This document shows, piece after piece, positions 1 through 12,500 of a DNA stretch of 64,000 nucleotides (its first letter is position 1; each line of letters opens with the position of its first letter). Source of the DNA: Trichoplax adhaerens. Its lineage: Eukaryota; Animalia; Placozoa. The stretch lies in assembly GCF_000150275.1 (NCBI RefSeq), contig NW_002060948.1:4944336-5008335 (forward strand), written 5' to 3'. The notes under the pieces were generated by a model. The model worked only from the letters and a program-made list of their open reading frames with translations, was not told the origin of the DNA and did no database searches. Made by a program: the position numbers and the translations under genes.

Positions 1-104
1 GTAGTTATAGGGCTGTTTTTCAGATCAGGGTATGAAAATAGTCACTAAGATAGATTACATACTATTTGAAAATGTGATGATTATGAAAACTATAAAAATA
101 CTAC

Positions 105-1720
105 CTCTAGAAGCCATTGGACAATTGCCTTAAATTCTTCAGTAACTGTATCATCCATATCCTTTTTAACTACTAATATAGATGTAGCAGGAGTATGCCA
201 ACCCAGCTGCTGATCGGCAGGATCTTGAAGCACCCTGAGTAATATACCCCGATAACAATAATTCAATGTAGCTCAGACTAGCATTTAAAATAGCATTGAT
301 AAGACTTGACATAGGGATATAGAATAACCTAATAGATTAATATAATCAAGCGACAAAACCACAATCACAATGCTAAGTGATACAATTCAAGAATAAAATG
401 ACATTTATTTTCTTTTCATGTCAACATGGAACAAAGTCAATGTCTTACATTCCATTCTTAATTCCCAGCATATAGGCTTTCGGTCCAAATGTCATTTCAG
501 GTGGACGAGCATTTAAAGAATAACTCCTGCAATAATAGATGGATGAAAGAACTGAATAAAGTAATTATAATATTGTAATCTATTGGCAATAAGGTATACT
601 AAAAATAATAGTCCATTATAACCATAAGAGTCGGGTAGCTATTAATGGTATAAAAATGAATTCAAAAATAAAAGTGATAGCGATGCTGTGGCGAAAATAT
701 ACCGTGCTGCAATGGGTAGGAAGCAATTCTTTGCTCCTCTCCCATCTTGACCCTATACAAGAAATGTATCTATGTATATATTCAACTGCTGTTTAAAATA
801 CTATTTTAAGAATGTATCATTCTCTGAACTTATTTGTTGTACTTATTAGTGATGACAAAAGCTGCTACAAGATTGATTGATTCTTGTGCATGTCTACTAT
901 CCAAAATAAAATTAGCAACCATAAAGAAACATGTTGGTGGAAATTGATAACAATTTTCAGTATGCTAAAGTAAAAAAGAAAGCCAAAAACAATATACACC
1001 ATAGTTGTGATGGTATAGATATACTGCATGTTTCTCATTGTAATTGTTGCAAATGGAATTGGATAAGCCTTCGGAATGTTTATAAAGGTTTAATTAAACT
1101 AACAATTTAAGAATGTGAAAGGAATCCAATGAGAAGTTGGCTCTTTCTCATGTGCTTCATGGATCGTACCCTGATGGGATCATCATTTGATGTTGAAGGT
1201 TGACAATCGCTTTTTGAATCTTACAGTCTACTACTGTCGCCATTTTTTTTCTCATTTTCCGCCTCCCACTATGGATGTATCATATCATATGGGTAGAATG
1301 GATTGACTATATCGGTCATGACTGGAAGCATTTAACAGTACCTTGTAGAAGATGTAGAGTATGCCTACAGTATAGAGGTACTGTTATTGTAAGCGTGTTT
1401 ATACCGATGAAGAAAGTGATGTTGGGTAGATGAAGGGGAATAAACTGCTATGTCAAGCTGTAATAAAGAGAGAACTTGTCTTACAACTTATTCATCAATC
1501 TTCACCTGAAGCTATAAACACTCGTATCTTGGAATATAGGACTAGCCAATGCATTGATACTTCCCTGATGATCATTGGATTGATTATGATCATGATCTTG
1601 GAGATAGAGCTTTTCCCCTTTCTCCATCATGTTGCTATCATGATTTAAGGGAGATCTCGATGACGTCGTGGTTGTCTTTCTCCCTGAAACGATCGCATCG
1701 TCAGCTCCTAATGTAGCCAT
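105..1720 (-). CDS. NADK: NAD kinase, 5' part (exons 1720-1506, 526-449, 234-105; continues off the window)
   Basis: GT-AG splicing in matching phase gives ...SVYSFR|SYSLNARPPEMTFGPKAYMLGIKNGM|VLQDPADQQLGWHTPATSILVVKKDMDDTVTEEFKAIVQWLLE. This matches animal NADK (RTRSLHGP..TTFGPKA..IQDPASQRLTW..PKSVLVIKK). Exon 1 is the 1502..1720 ORF. Confidence 0.9.
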
Positions 1721-1776
1721 GACTATAAGAACATAGCGTTATTAGCCAGGAATACAACGGAGACTAATGGAAACGA

Positions 1777-2186
1777 TGTTGTTGTTGTTAACAGAAAAGG
1801 AAGATTAAGGATCGATCCAACGCGATGTTCGATGCTGTTATGGCACTTTTTGCACTAACATCGATCGTTGTAAGCAGACATGGACAGTTTTGATCAAGTA
1901 ATGAATTCTTGGAGACAATGCTGTTGTTGTTGACAGAAAAGGAAGATGAAGGATCGATCCAAAGCGATGTTCGATGATGTTATGGCACTTTTTGCGCTAA
2001 CATCGATCGTTGTAAGCTGACATGGACAGTTTGATCAAGTAATGAATTCTTGGAGACACTGTTGTTGTTGTTGACAGAAAAGGAAGATGAAGGATCGATC
2101 AAGCGCGATCTTGGATGATGTTCTTGCGCTTTTTGCACTAACATCAATGGTTGGAAGCCGTCATGGACAGTTAAATCAAGTAATTC
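1777..2186. repeat. Tandem array, about 3 x 142 bp, immediately upstream of the NADK ATG
   Basis: The unit gttgttgtt(a/g)acagaaaaggaagat(t/g)aaggatcgatc...catggacagtt...atcaagtaat recurs near 1777, 1920 and 2061, with small indels. Confidence 0.92.
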
Positions 2187-2854
2187 TTTAGGCTAAACCA
2201 CAGTATCCACTGCTTGCAATGGCCACTCTCTTCTTCTCCAAATAGGTTGGACTTGGATGATGATTTTTTTGCTGCGTGATGATGACCCTGGTCGACCTCG
2301 TCCCCTCCTTCTCTTAGTAGTGTTGCTCAAACAGTCGTATCAGCCTACGCTTTCTACCAGTCCAATACTAGTGGCGCTGTACTAGACTGAACAGTCGATG
2401 ACAAGTCCCACCCTGACAGTCATTGGAGTGTTACCCAGTACCAGTACCAGGGTAAAATGCCCCTGGTCGTTGCATTTTTACACTGTTTACTATACCGTAG
2501 TTGTGGCCGCAAGGATTGACGGTAGGTTGGGGGTTATTTTGCGTATACAGTGTACAGTATGACAGGAGTGTCGGGTCACTTGGTATGTTGTGAATGGAAT
2601 GGGACGCCCATCCGGAACGACGATGCCACTCAAGTATTGAATAGAGTCTATCAAATGGGGCGAATTTACGTTAGCACGTTTACAATTATTTTGCTTCAGA
2701 AGCAGAAGAAACAACGCTAAACAGTACAGTAGTATACAGTCCATTCAGTCAGTGGTTCAATGTTCTAAAAACGCCGAATCAAGTCTGTATCATGGAGGTC
2801 AAAGAAAAGCCTGTGTGGTCATTGATGCCAATAAGTCCGTTTCAAGACCGTGAG

Positions 2855-3110
2855 CAGTCACAGTACTGTACACTGTACATCCATGTACTGTAATGTACTG
2901 TACAGTACTGTCAATGTCGACGAGAAACTGCGCACTCTCTTTCCTTTCGGTTCAGTGATCTGGCACAGTGTACAGTACTGTACACTGTACAGTAGGTTTC
3001 ATTTCGAACAGTAGTACTGTACAGTACAGTACAGTAAAAAGACAGCGTTGTTCACAATGAAATGTCTGTACTGTACTGTACAGGTACAATATGTACTGTA
3101 CTGTACTTGG
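2855..3110. repeat. Dense TACAGTA/TACTGTA cluster including a 24-bp perfect palindrome (2965-2988)
   Basis: Many overlapping cagtac/gtactg/tacagt motifs. ACAGTGTACAGTACTGTACACTGT is its own reverse complement. Confidence 0.8.
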
Positions 3111-3387
3111 ACCACTAGAAATCCACCTAGACTAGACACTCTCTTCAGATGGACGGACTTTCTAAGCAAATGCGACCCCAAAATGTCCCAAAATAGTTTA
3201 CTCACTGTCAGTATGGATCTTCCGTGTCTGTTTTCCAAATCATTTGTATTCATTTCCATAACATGGATGATCTAAAGCTACTCATTCCAAGCAGAACTTA
3301 GTAACAGACAATAGAATGCAGTGGAATATTACTTCATTTAGCTAAAATCACTTCATTCAGAATCGACTGTCTGCATACTCAATTTTA

Positions 3388-5870
3388 CTTCAGTACTGTA
3401 GTGTCATCATCAAGTGTTGCGACACAATTTATTGACCAAAATTGGCGTAATGTCTGTCCGTCCATAAGAGTGGACCGTATTCTATTGTCTGCATTCGATA
3501 CATTATTCCCAGTCAATGCTCTCCAGTACTCTAGAGGACAATCTATTGTTAAAATGAAAGCGCAACGGTCACGTGCAATCGTATCAATTCTCTTCAAGCC
3601 TGGTAACTGTATGTAAGCGATCATAATACCCACAGTACTCATAGAATAGCGTAGCATGACTGGTGACTACAATTGAAAAGGATTGCAATGAAAGCGAAAG
3701 TTTTCATAGGCTATGGCTTCGCTAACCAAAAAAGTTCCATCACCAGCGGGCAGACAAGCTTGTAAGGTTGCAACTCTTTTCCATCAGTAAAGAAACAACT
3801 TCCTAACGTTTAAAGTGAAGCCCATATTGTGGAAAATTTCAAACGCGTAAAATGAAGATCCAATCAAAAGTGATCAATGTCACAGCAAAATCCTTCTCGT
3901 ACTCTATGGAGTTTAGTCAAGAACAATATCAATGATGGAGAATATAGATATGCGAGAATGGATCAATTGGAATCAATCATGTACATTGCAATGCAAAGTA
4001 CTTGCCATTTCATAGCTACCAATAAGATATTATAGTAGATTACGGATTGATGGTAAATAACGGAAGGGAAATGATGGTTTAATCTGTAATCAATGATTAA
4101 TTAATTATTCAAACACAATATGGATAAATCTCTTGACAGTGAATAAGCCAACTACGATAGACGTACGGTTCATGCAGGTATACGAGTATATCGCTCAATC
4201 TTTTATAATTTGCACTTTTCTCTACTCGCATCATCGATAGACTGCAATACTAATAGCTGTATTAATAGAGTAAGGGCTAAATGAAGAAGAATTCAATGTT
4301 ATTTCGAAGGTATTCGCCTGACTTTCTACAGTAATGACAAGTGAATAAAATTCTTTTCGCTCAAGATAGCTACGTATGAAAGTAGAGTTCATAGATGGTC
4401 ATCTACCAGTATCGCAAAATAATTCCTAATGAAGCGAGTCGAGAAAGAAATGGACGATATCCTTTATATGATACAACTGCTAAGTAAATCCGACATTGAT
4501 TTAGTAGCCTATGCTTCCCATCACTACAGTAACTACTATCTCTACAATCACTAAATACAAAAGCACGTATTTTACCGTGGGGAAAAAACAGCCAGGATAC
4601 TTGAATGACGACTGTTATTGTTGCTAAGCTATACTGCACTGTAAGGATTTTTTGACGTAAAGTTTGGTATTGGTAAATAAATTTTGAAATCGAGGGAATT
4701 ATTGAACTAATGGATACGAATACCTAGCCCATCTTTTTGATATAGCAAGAAGTCTGTCTTCTTTACCACAACATGATATACGTGTACGTCATGTTTCTAA
4801 CCTGACAGCTGATAGACCTTAGAACATACAGTATACGCGTACAGTAATTCGCGAACTAATGTGAGTTATCGATGGCGACGCTGTGGATTGCTTACTTGGT
4901 CCAATGCAGCGAAAATACTTCAAGATCAATCAACCTTTTCAAACACCATTATCAATACCTTTTATAATTATATTCGCAGGTAGATTCTTGTTGCGTAGGT
5001 TTGACATTTAACCGAGTGGTCAATTGGAAGAAGGCATGCAAAAAAGCAACTATGTAGCGTTCTCGGCATGCCTATATTGTGTTGAAATTTTAAGTTTGAT
5101 CATGTTGTTTGTGCTAAATCAATCAAAACAAATAGGGAAGTGCAACGTTTCATTCAAGTTTTAGTGCGATTACGCAAGTTTTCAAATCATCCTTTATCGC
5201 ATGATTATGATGCTTTGTTTCCACCATATTCACACCAATCGATATCGATGCAAAAGAAAATCAAATGATAGCTTACCAACAGTAAATAAATACTGCATTG
5301 GCGAAGCCATCTTACACCGTTATCCTATTACTAAATTGAAACATACAAAGAAACGGAAGAACGCGACTTCAAATTATTGATCATCAAGTTACCGTTTGAC
5401 AGATGAATGTTGATTTTTTACTGAGGCCACTTTTGATTGCTCTTTGGTTGATACTTGCTTATCATTTTGATCCTGGCTAATAACACCATTTCGTACACTT
5501 TGTTTCATTTCTTGCCAATAAATTCTATTTTCTACCGTATTCCTGGAATTGTGAATAACCTAACTTAACTCAACAAACATTCAAAACTATGAATTGCAGA
5601 TATGCTTCGTTGTCGTTAGATAGTAATCCAGTCACATGAATAAAGGCTAATTGATAACTTATTTATGGCCACATTGTACGTGCGCAATTGAGGCAAGAAA
5701 GAAAGTAAGGACCGTTTGAATCGTTTTTTTTCTTTTAAATAATATGAAAAAACAACTTACAACAATGAAGTAGTTGTCTGGTTGTGGATATGTAAATACA
5801 ACAAAATAATACTACTGGAAATAATATAGAATAAAACGATACTGACAGGTGTAAGGCCTTGATTTCTGAC
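3388..5870 (-). pseudogene. Probable decayed multi-exon gene for a type-II membrane protein, family unidentified
   Basis: GT-AG-bounded segments 5870-5761 (signal anchor LTPVSIVLFYIISSSIILLYLHI) and 5542-5393 (hydrophilic stem) splice in phase. Further exon-like segments near 5330, 4950, 4800, 3800 and 3600 could not be joined without stops. Confidence 0.3.
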
Positions 5871-6999
5871 CTGATTGCAATTTGTATTGTGTACACGGCG
5901 TTAAATCAAGCAACGTTCTAGTGCTAGCGTTGGCCCTATTCAAAGAGCCGATAAATAACCCATCATTCTTCAAGGGGATTTGTTGAAGAATGTTTTTGTT
6001 TATTCTGTAGTATTATCATTGAGGCATAATCATTTTTCATTCCTCTTGCCTAATGGAACGGATCGAAGCCACAAGGCTTCTCGAAATTGAAATTATTCTT
6101 TCGATCTATCCGCCGTTATTTCATCATCGATTCAAAACCGTATGACAAACTATCACCCCATTCGCTTTAAGCAAAATATTTTCTATACAGTATACTGTAC
6201 GTTATAATCTTGAGACAATTAAGGTCAATTGCACGATACATTATTGTATTCGTATGTTTATTTCTGTAATTGAATCATGTTCTATACATGAAATGACATG
6301 AAAAATAGAAGAGAGAGTTCATTTTCGAATCAATCAATTTTGATTATTTACATGAGATAACTCTATTTTGGGCACGCTGTACGACGGACAAAGACACCCT
6401 TGAGTTTATGACTACCCGAAAGTAGACTTTCCGTGTCTAAATTGACAAACTATAATATTTGCGCATTTTCAGTCCAACAAACTTTATAGTATTTCATGAG
6501 TAACGGCTGGAGAAATTTTCAACCGTCGATCCATTTGTATGTACAGTAGGATTTGAACAGGCAGGCATTCATGCATTTATTCATTCCGCAAAGCTGAAAG
6601 CAGTATCGACTAGAGTTGTACTCGTGCGTATATTTGGAATCACTTTCGGTCGGCGATTGTACATTAAATGTACAGACCGCAGACAATCTACTCTACACGT
6701 AGCAATCGAGTATTCAATTGATTTTCTCTCTCTCTCTACCAGTGCAGACATTAATCCTATGGAGTGCGTCTAAACTAATACGGTTAGCACACAGGATCCC
6801 AGATGGTATGAAAGCCATGCTTTCAAGACGTCGGATTGTGAGCGATTTTTTGATCGAGTCTCCTGGCTAATCATGCGTTATCTACAGTATAACCTATCCA
6901 ATACAGTCTTGGATTAGAGAGAGTTCCCTATTATTACGGAGTATCCAATACCTATCCACTGCCTAGACCAGTAAGCCTGCATGAAATGCTGCAAGACTT

Positions 7000-7146
7000 T
7001 CAATCTGGGTACAAGATAGTAAGACTATAGAAACGTTGTACGAGGATGAACATGTTACTCCTCTCTAAGGCGGAATCAGGCTGAGGTTGAGCGTACAGCC
7101 AGTCGATGTAAACGTCAAATAGATGTCGAGAGGTATCGGTAGCCAT
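7000..7146 (-). CDS. Candidate 48-aa micropeptide, copy C
   Basis: MATDTSRHLFDVYIDWLYAQPQPDSALERSNMFILVQRFYSLTILYPD*; same start context and stop position as copy A. Confidence 0.35.
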   Translation of the reverse strand: MATDTSRHLFDVYIDWLYAQPQPDSALERSNMFILVQRFYSLTILYPD

Positions 7147-7162
7147 TTGCACTGGTAGACTT

Positions 7163-7309
7163 TCATTCTGGGTACAAGGTACCAAGACTATAGAAACGTT
7201 GTACGAGAATGAACAAATTACTTCTGTGTAGTGCGGAATCAGGCTGAGGTTGAAGGTACAGCCTGTAAATGTAAACGTAAAACAGATGTCGAGAGGTATC
7301 GGCAGCCAT
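7163..7309 (-). CDS. Candidate 48-aa micropeptide, copy B
   Basis: MAADTSRHLFYVYIYRLYLQPQPDSALHRSNLFILVQRFYSLGTLYPE*; same start context and stop position as copy A. Confidence 0.35.
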   Translation of the reverse strand: MAADTSRHLFYVYIYRLYLQPQPDSALHRSNLFILVQRFYSLGTLYPE

Positions 7310-7325
7310 TTGCACTGGTAGACTT

Positions 7326-7472
7326 TCACTCAGGGTGCAAGGTACCAAGACTATAAAAATGTTGTACGACGATGAACAAATGACTTCTCTGTAATACAGA
7401 ATCAGGCTGAGATTGAGGGTATATCCAGTAGAAGTAAACTTCAAATAGTTGTCGAGCGTTCTCGGCGGCCAT
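7326..7472 (-). CDS. Candidate 48-aa micropeptide, copy A (an upstream in-frame ATG at 7508 would add 12 aa)
   Basis: MAAENARQLFEVYFYWIYPQSQPDSVLQRSHLFIVVQHFYSLGTLHPE*; start context CAAATGG. Confidence 0.35.
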   Translation of the reverse strand: MAAENARQLFEVYFYWIYPQSQPDSVLQRSHLFIVVQHFYSLGTLHPE

Positions 7473-8444
7473 TTGCACCTCAGCAAGAAGACTTGAGTTA
7501 CTTTGCATTTGCTAGTACGACATCTGTTTTACACATATTAGTGCACTTGACTTAGTCACGTCCATTATTCCTGTCCTGTACTTTTGCTACCAAGACTGTC
7601 ATGGTCATTTTCTAGTGGTCCATGGTATGGTGGAGTGTCGTTGTAGTTCCTATACGTGCATGGTATTTAGTAGTCCAGGACACTGTACACTATACACCGT
7701 ATGGTACAGTATGCAACATTAATCAGCTTGCACTGCAGTACAATACTGCTGGACTCCACTATGACGTCAGACCATCAGACGATGGTGTTCTACTCGCTCA
7801 GCCTACAGTACTATATTCCCCGTAGTCCATGATACTGTACACTGTGCACTGTAAGGTACTGAACGTACGTGCCAGTCATGTTCACCAAACTGAAGCACAC
7901 GAGCGGGAAATCGTCACTATTGAAAGTGCATTGCAGATTTGCAGCGGCCATTGCGCTTGATTCTTCCTCATCCATGCATGGAGGTCTGGGTGATAAATTA
8001 ATCCTTGCCTTACTGAAAGAAACTTCTACTATTGCCTTACTAAGATTGCTGCTCCATCGAGGATTGAATTGAATTGAACTGGACTGCAGCCATAGCGTTG
8101 AATCAGTTATTTTGGATATCCAAAGGCTCAGCCAATTGATTAATTAATATTCTTATTATTCACTCTTACTCCACAAGTAGACGAGTAGATCGACAACTGC
8201 TACGCTCGTATCGGATTAAGGTAAGAGAGATTGGCTAAACTTTGCCATGGCTATATCGTCATTCCTTCTTATCCAGTTAAGCATGTTTCTACAACAGGAG
8301 AAATGATAGCGAGTTCGTCTTGTCTAAGCATACAGTACATAGACACATTCGATTAGGCTAATCGTTTAGTTGTTGCGCTCATACAACAGTTCATTCAACC
8401 ATTTCTATCCAATACGAGTTTGATAATACTCCCATCTTATGCTA

Positions 8445-8750
8445 ATCATTATGACGAAAGTTTCTTGGTAGTAACTCGTTGACTTGAAGATCTCTGGCAG
8501 TTCTTGACTTTAGGCATGATCATTCGTAAGCTCTATTTCCTTCATAGTCATATATACAACTGTCATTTTTGACTTTAAAGATAAATGACGGCTATATCCT
8601 TGTTTACTCCTATTGATCATGACGAAAACTTCTTGCCAGTTGCATACAGTCATCCCAGTCTTACGCTTACTTTATCATTGCATGACTTTAGGCATGGTCA
8701 TTCATAATAAGCTCTCTTTCCTTCATGGCATACGTACAATGGTCATTTTA
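8445..8750. repeat. Diverged tandem duplication, about 175-bp period, 2 copies
   Basis: gactttaggcatg(a/g)tcattc...taagctct.tttccttcat occurs near 8506 and 8684. Confidence 0.75.
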
Positions 8751-9551
8751 CTGGACAATTTAAAACATGCTTGCTGATCGACCTGTTTATAAGCTTACCA
8801 CAGTGTACAGTGGTATTGGCTAGCTAAACCCCAATGATTGATATTTGACTAGAATTAACCATCATCAGTCTGTAGGATGTGACGCGACTTGAAAGCTAAA
8901 AAACCCCAAAATTGTTGATGGTAGGAACATGTCGATACTGGCTGCGTTTTCAACCATACTGCATTAGTTCGAACAAGTAGTATTGAACGCTTTAAAGTCA
9001 CATCGACACTTGTACAAGATCATTTCCATGTGGTCGACATACATACAAGTACACTAGACTGCACAGTATATACTGTATAGTGCAATCATGGCTACAGGAT
9101 AAACTATTTTTAATAATCAATTCATAGTCATTCACAATCAAAGTAGAATTGATTGCCTGAGAAGTAAGTCAACATCAACGATCGCCTATTTCACTAAAAC
9201 ACTTGAACCAAACAGGACTACTATTTTAGCATGCCAATCCATTCTATATATAAGCCTAATTGTTTTTGCTACAGTCATGGTACGGCTAACTTGAACGAAC
9301 TCCAATCTTATTTATGACTGATGTCCATAGCAGGAAAGTTTTTAATCTATTATTACGGGTACAAATATGGTGGAAATACCATTAGAATGCTGTACTACTG
9401 TAGCGTGGTCTACACCATATACGTGCTGATTCTTTCTCACATTTGTCTATCGACTGTTGCAACCATACACTATTTATACAAACGTAATACTGTATTAATT
9501 GATTTTGGACTATTGCATTGAACAGCTCCGACAATATCCACAACAATCAAC

Positions 9552-12500
9552 ATGCCACATCTATCAAAGCCTTATAAAATTTCCTCCTTTATGCCCTATT
9601 GTAAACCATCCATTGAAAGATTGGATAACTTACCAACACCTCCAAACAGACAAGGTGGAACCTGTGAAAATGGATGGCAGTGTTGGCTGTATCAAAGCTC
9701 TCATTTGGAAGTTCTTGACTGTCGAAATGGTAATTAACAGTAACATTGTAGTAATTGTTCTGATCGCTTGTGTTGGCATGGTATTCCTTGACCATTTGCA
9801 AATTATATAATACGTACATACAGTAAATTTCCAAAACTGAATTCTAGATTAAAATAATTCTTGGTGTCAAAAATTACGTAATCGGATGAATTCTGATTCT
9901 AATCGCAGTACAACACTTAGATAAAGTAGCTTTTTGCATTGAGCTAAATACTGAGTTAACCTTGCATATGGATACTAATTTCAGTAGTCTACATAGAATT
10001 ACATAGGTACTGCCAAGGAATAGTGCGATATGAATAAAATTTGTACATTATGACAATACTTGCTTTTATTCCAATCGACTTTATTTTATATCATAGAATT
10101 AATCTTCAAATTTATCATCGCTTTAATTAAGGTAACTGTATCTCATCGTGGAATTGGAAGAAAGACTCATCTGCTACGATAGTTGGGGTAGATGAATTCT
10201 CATCGCATAATTCAAACATGTTAGTGATGGCTATATCAACCACAACCAACAGCTTTCTGCGTGCAGACAGTGGATTACTTTATCTTTATGATCCTGCTAT
10301 TTCTCGAGTTGTTAAAGCAATCGAGTTACCATTTACTCCCACCTTTGTTTCTACCATGACAACCGATGGTGGCCCAACAGCTACTCCGGCCAACTTTGGC
10401 AATGCTTTAAGGCTTTTTTTTGGTGTTGTAGCCCTTGGTGCTGTTGATGGCAGTATTTATTTACTTGACATGGGGATGGACGATCAAAGTTTAGTTTGTG
10501 ATGAAAGTTGCCCTAGAAATGTTCAAATAATTGATGCTGGCACAACGGCAGACTATGCTACACTCCGTTCAACTGCAAGGAAATATCAAATGCATCTATG
10601 TTTGCGTTTAGGAGGTGAAAAAAACTTTCTCCATATTTTTAAAGTTGTACTGTTCTTTATTGTACTGCGCTGTAGTCAATGATAGCTAATTAACTGATCT
10701 GGCCTACTTTTCCCTAACTCAATTCAATTGATATTATCTATAACGTAGTATGAAATATCGTTGATATCTTACTGTTGATCTAAACTATTCTTTTGCAGCC
10801 AAATTTCAAGAGAATGGAAAATTCTGTTACTTCTATTCCGACTTCAAACAGTATCGCAGTTTTTCAAAGAGTAAGAAGAGATTTTTGTGATAAATTATTG
10901 CAGTATGTCATGTAGAGATTAGGTTATGAATAGTACAGTAACTTTTACAATATAGCTATTATTTGAAATCATGTACTTAAATATTGCTATATAATGTCTT
11001 TTTTGCTTGCTTTGCAGAGGAAGCCGAAGTTACCTGTTTAAAGTATATTCAGCAAATCAATTGTATTGTTGCGGGTTTAAAATTCGGAGGGATTCAGTTC
11101 TACAACTTAAAAGATTACTCATTAATGTATGAGCAACCTTTTCTACTAGTTCATTGTTAATAACAACTTTATACACATGTTATTAATAATATACCCTTGC
11201 AATTGTTCTATCTTACGGGATTAGTTGTAATATGCTGTTATTTGTGTTCTAGACATAGCGTAAATGTCTTTTTAGATGATACTATAAATGGAATTCCTAT
11301 TACCCATTTTGTATATCAAGAACCAGAAGATGATCCTAAGCCATTCTGCTATTTATGGGCTGCTTCAGGGTCGTCACTGAAAGACTCAACGTAAGACATG
11401 ATTTAGCCTGATATCAGTAAATAGAGTTGGACAATCGATTCAACATTTATATTATTAACGGTAAATAACCGAAAAACTCTTTATGGTATTGCAGGAACCC
11501 TTCTAGTTCTGCTGTAATAAAAATGTATCAACTAAAATTTAGCCAGCGTGAAAAATTAACTGAAAGATTTTATTACATGGTATGAAAATTTACAACAAAA
11601 GCGATTGCTAACTGTAACTACAGTTGATGTTCAACAATAATGAATATTGAAAGTTGACGTGAAATAGGACAGTCAGTTAGCCACAAAGTAATGTAACATA
11701 TATTATCATCTATCTTAGGCTCTTGAATCCTGCCACCCAGTATTCACTCACACCTTATCCAGCAATTGCTATTCACTATTGAATGACGCAAATGATAGCC
11801 GTTTGATATCGTGTTTTGCTATTGGTATTTTAATCTGATTTACATTGCATTTGATTTAAAATAATAATAAGCACTTGTTTTTTAGTTGCAAGCTTATTCT
11901 TGAGGATTTTTGTACAATTTGTTACGATATAGAACGACCGATTCGAGATAATGATGGAGTTAATGTAAATTCTACGCTAGCGGCTTTTATTTGGGAATCG
12001 TATAATATTGGGTCTAGTGCCTCACCTGTTTGTTACATTGGCATATTCAATATCAACGTATGGTATCACATGCATTTACCGTCTTACTTAAAGTAAGTAT
12101 TTATTCGACCATTATATATCAATGTGAGGATATACGTATTGTAATTCAATGATTTTGACTTTGGAAATAATAAAATTAAAAAATTGTTCGATTGCTCGTA
12201 TTCTATTTCAATAGCCCTAGCTATGTAGATAAGAGTGGTGCTTGTCCTTTTTTTGCATTTACCGATATGACAGAAGTAGCCCATTCTGCTATTGCTGATA
12301 ATATTCTAGTAAGTTTGCTAAGTAATTTGATTTATCTGTTGACCATATACTATCACGGTTGATAAATTTGTAGCGTAATTAATACTGATCGATCTATCCT
12401 AATCTCTCACTTAGGTTGCAAATATCAATAGAAGAAAATTAACTCGTTATCAACCTTCATCCAATGTAGCCACAGAGCAAACATCATGGCCCTGGTCATT

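Larger units (their letters stand above)
6996..7478. repeat. Tandem array, 3 x 163 bp, no indels
   Basis: Unit starts (actttca.tc.gggt.caag) at 6996, 7159 and 7322. Confidence 0.95.

Noticed and set aside
2490-3275. Short Cys/Tyr/Val-rich ORFs
   Set aside because: They are largely translations of the TACAGTA low-complexity cluster.
3727-4960. Selenoprotein or TGA-recoding explanation for the in-frame TGAs
   Set aside because: No selenoprotein homology or SECIS was recognised, TAA/TAG stops also occur, and the reading frames are uncertain. Decay is simpler.
6996-7478. CRISPR-like or duplicated-exon interpretation of the 163-bp array
   Set aside because: Units are homologous along their whole length, with no unique spacers and no cas genes. 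The implied introns would be only about 30 nt.
7000-7486. The 107-aa and 109-aa ORFs from the track as real proteins
   Set aside because: They arise because the 163-bp period shifts frame, fusing an alternative frame of one unit to the 48-aa frame of the next.
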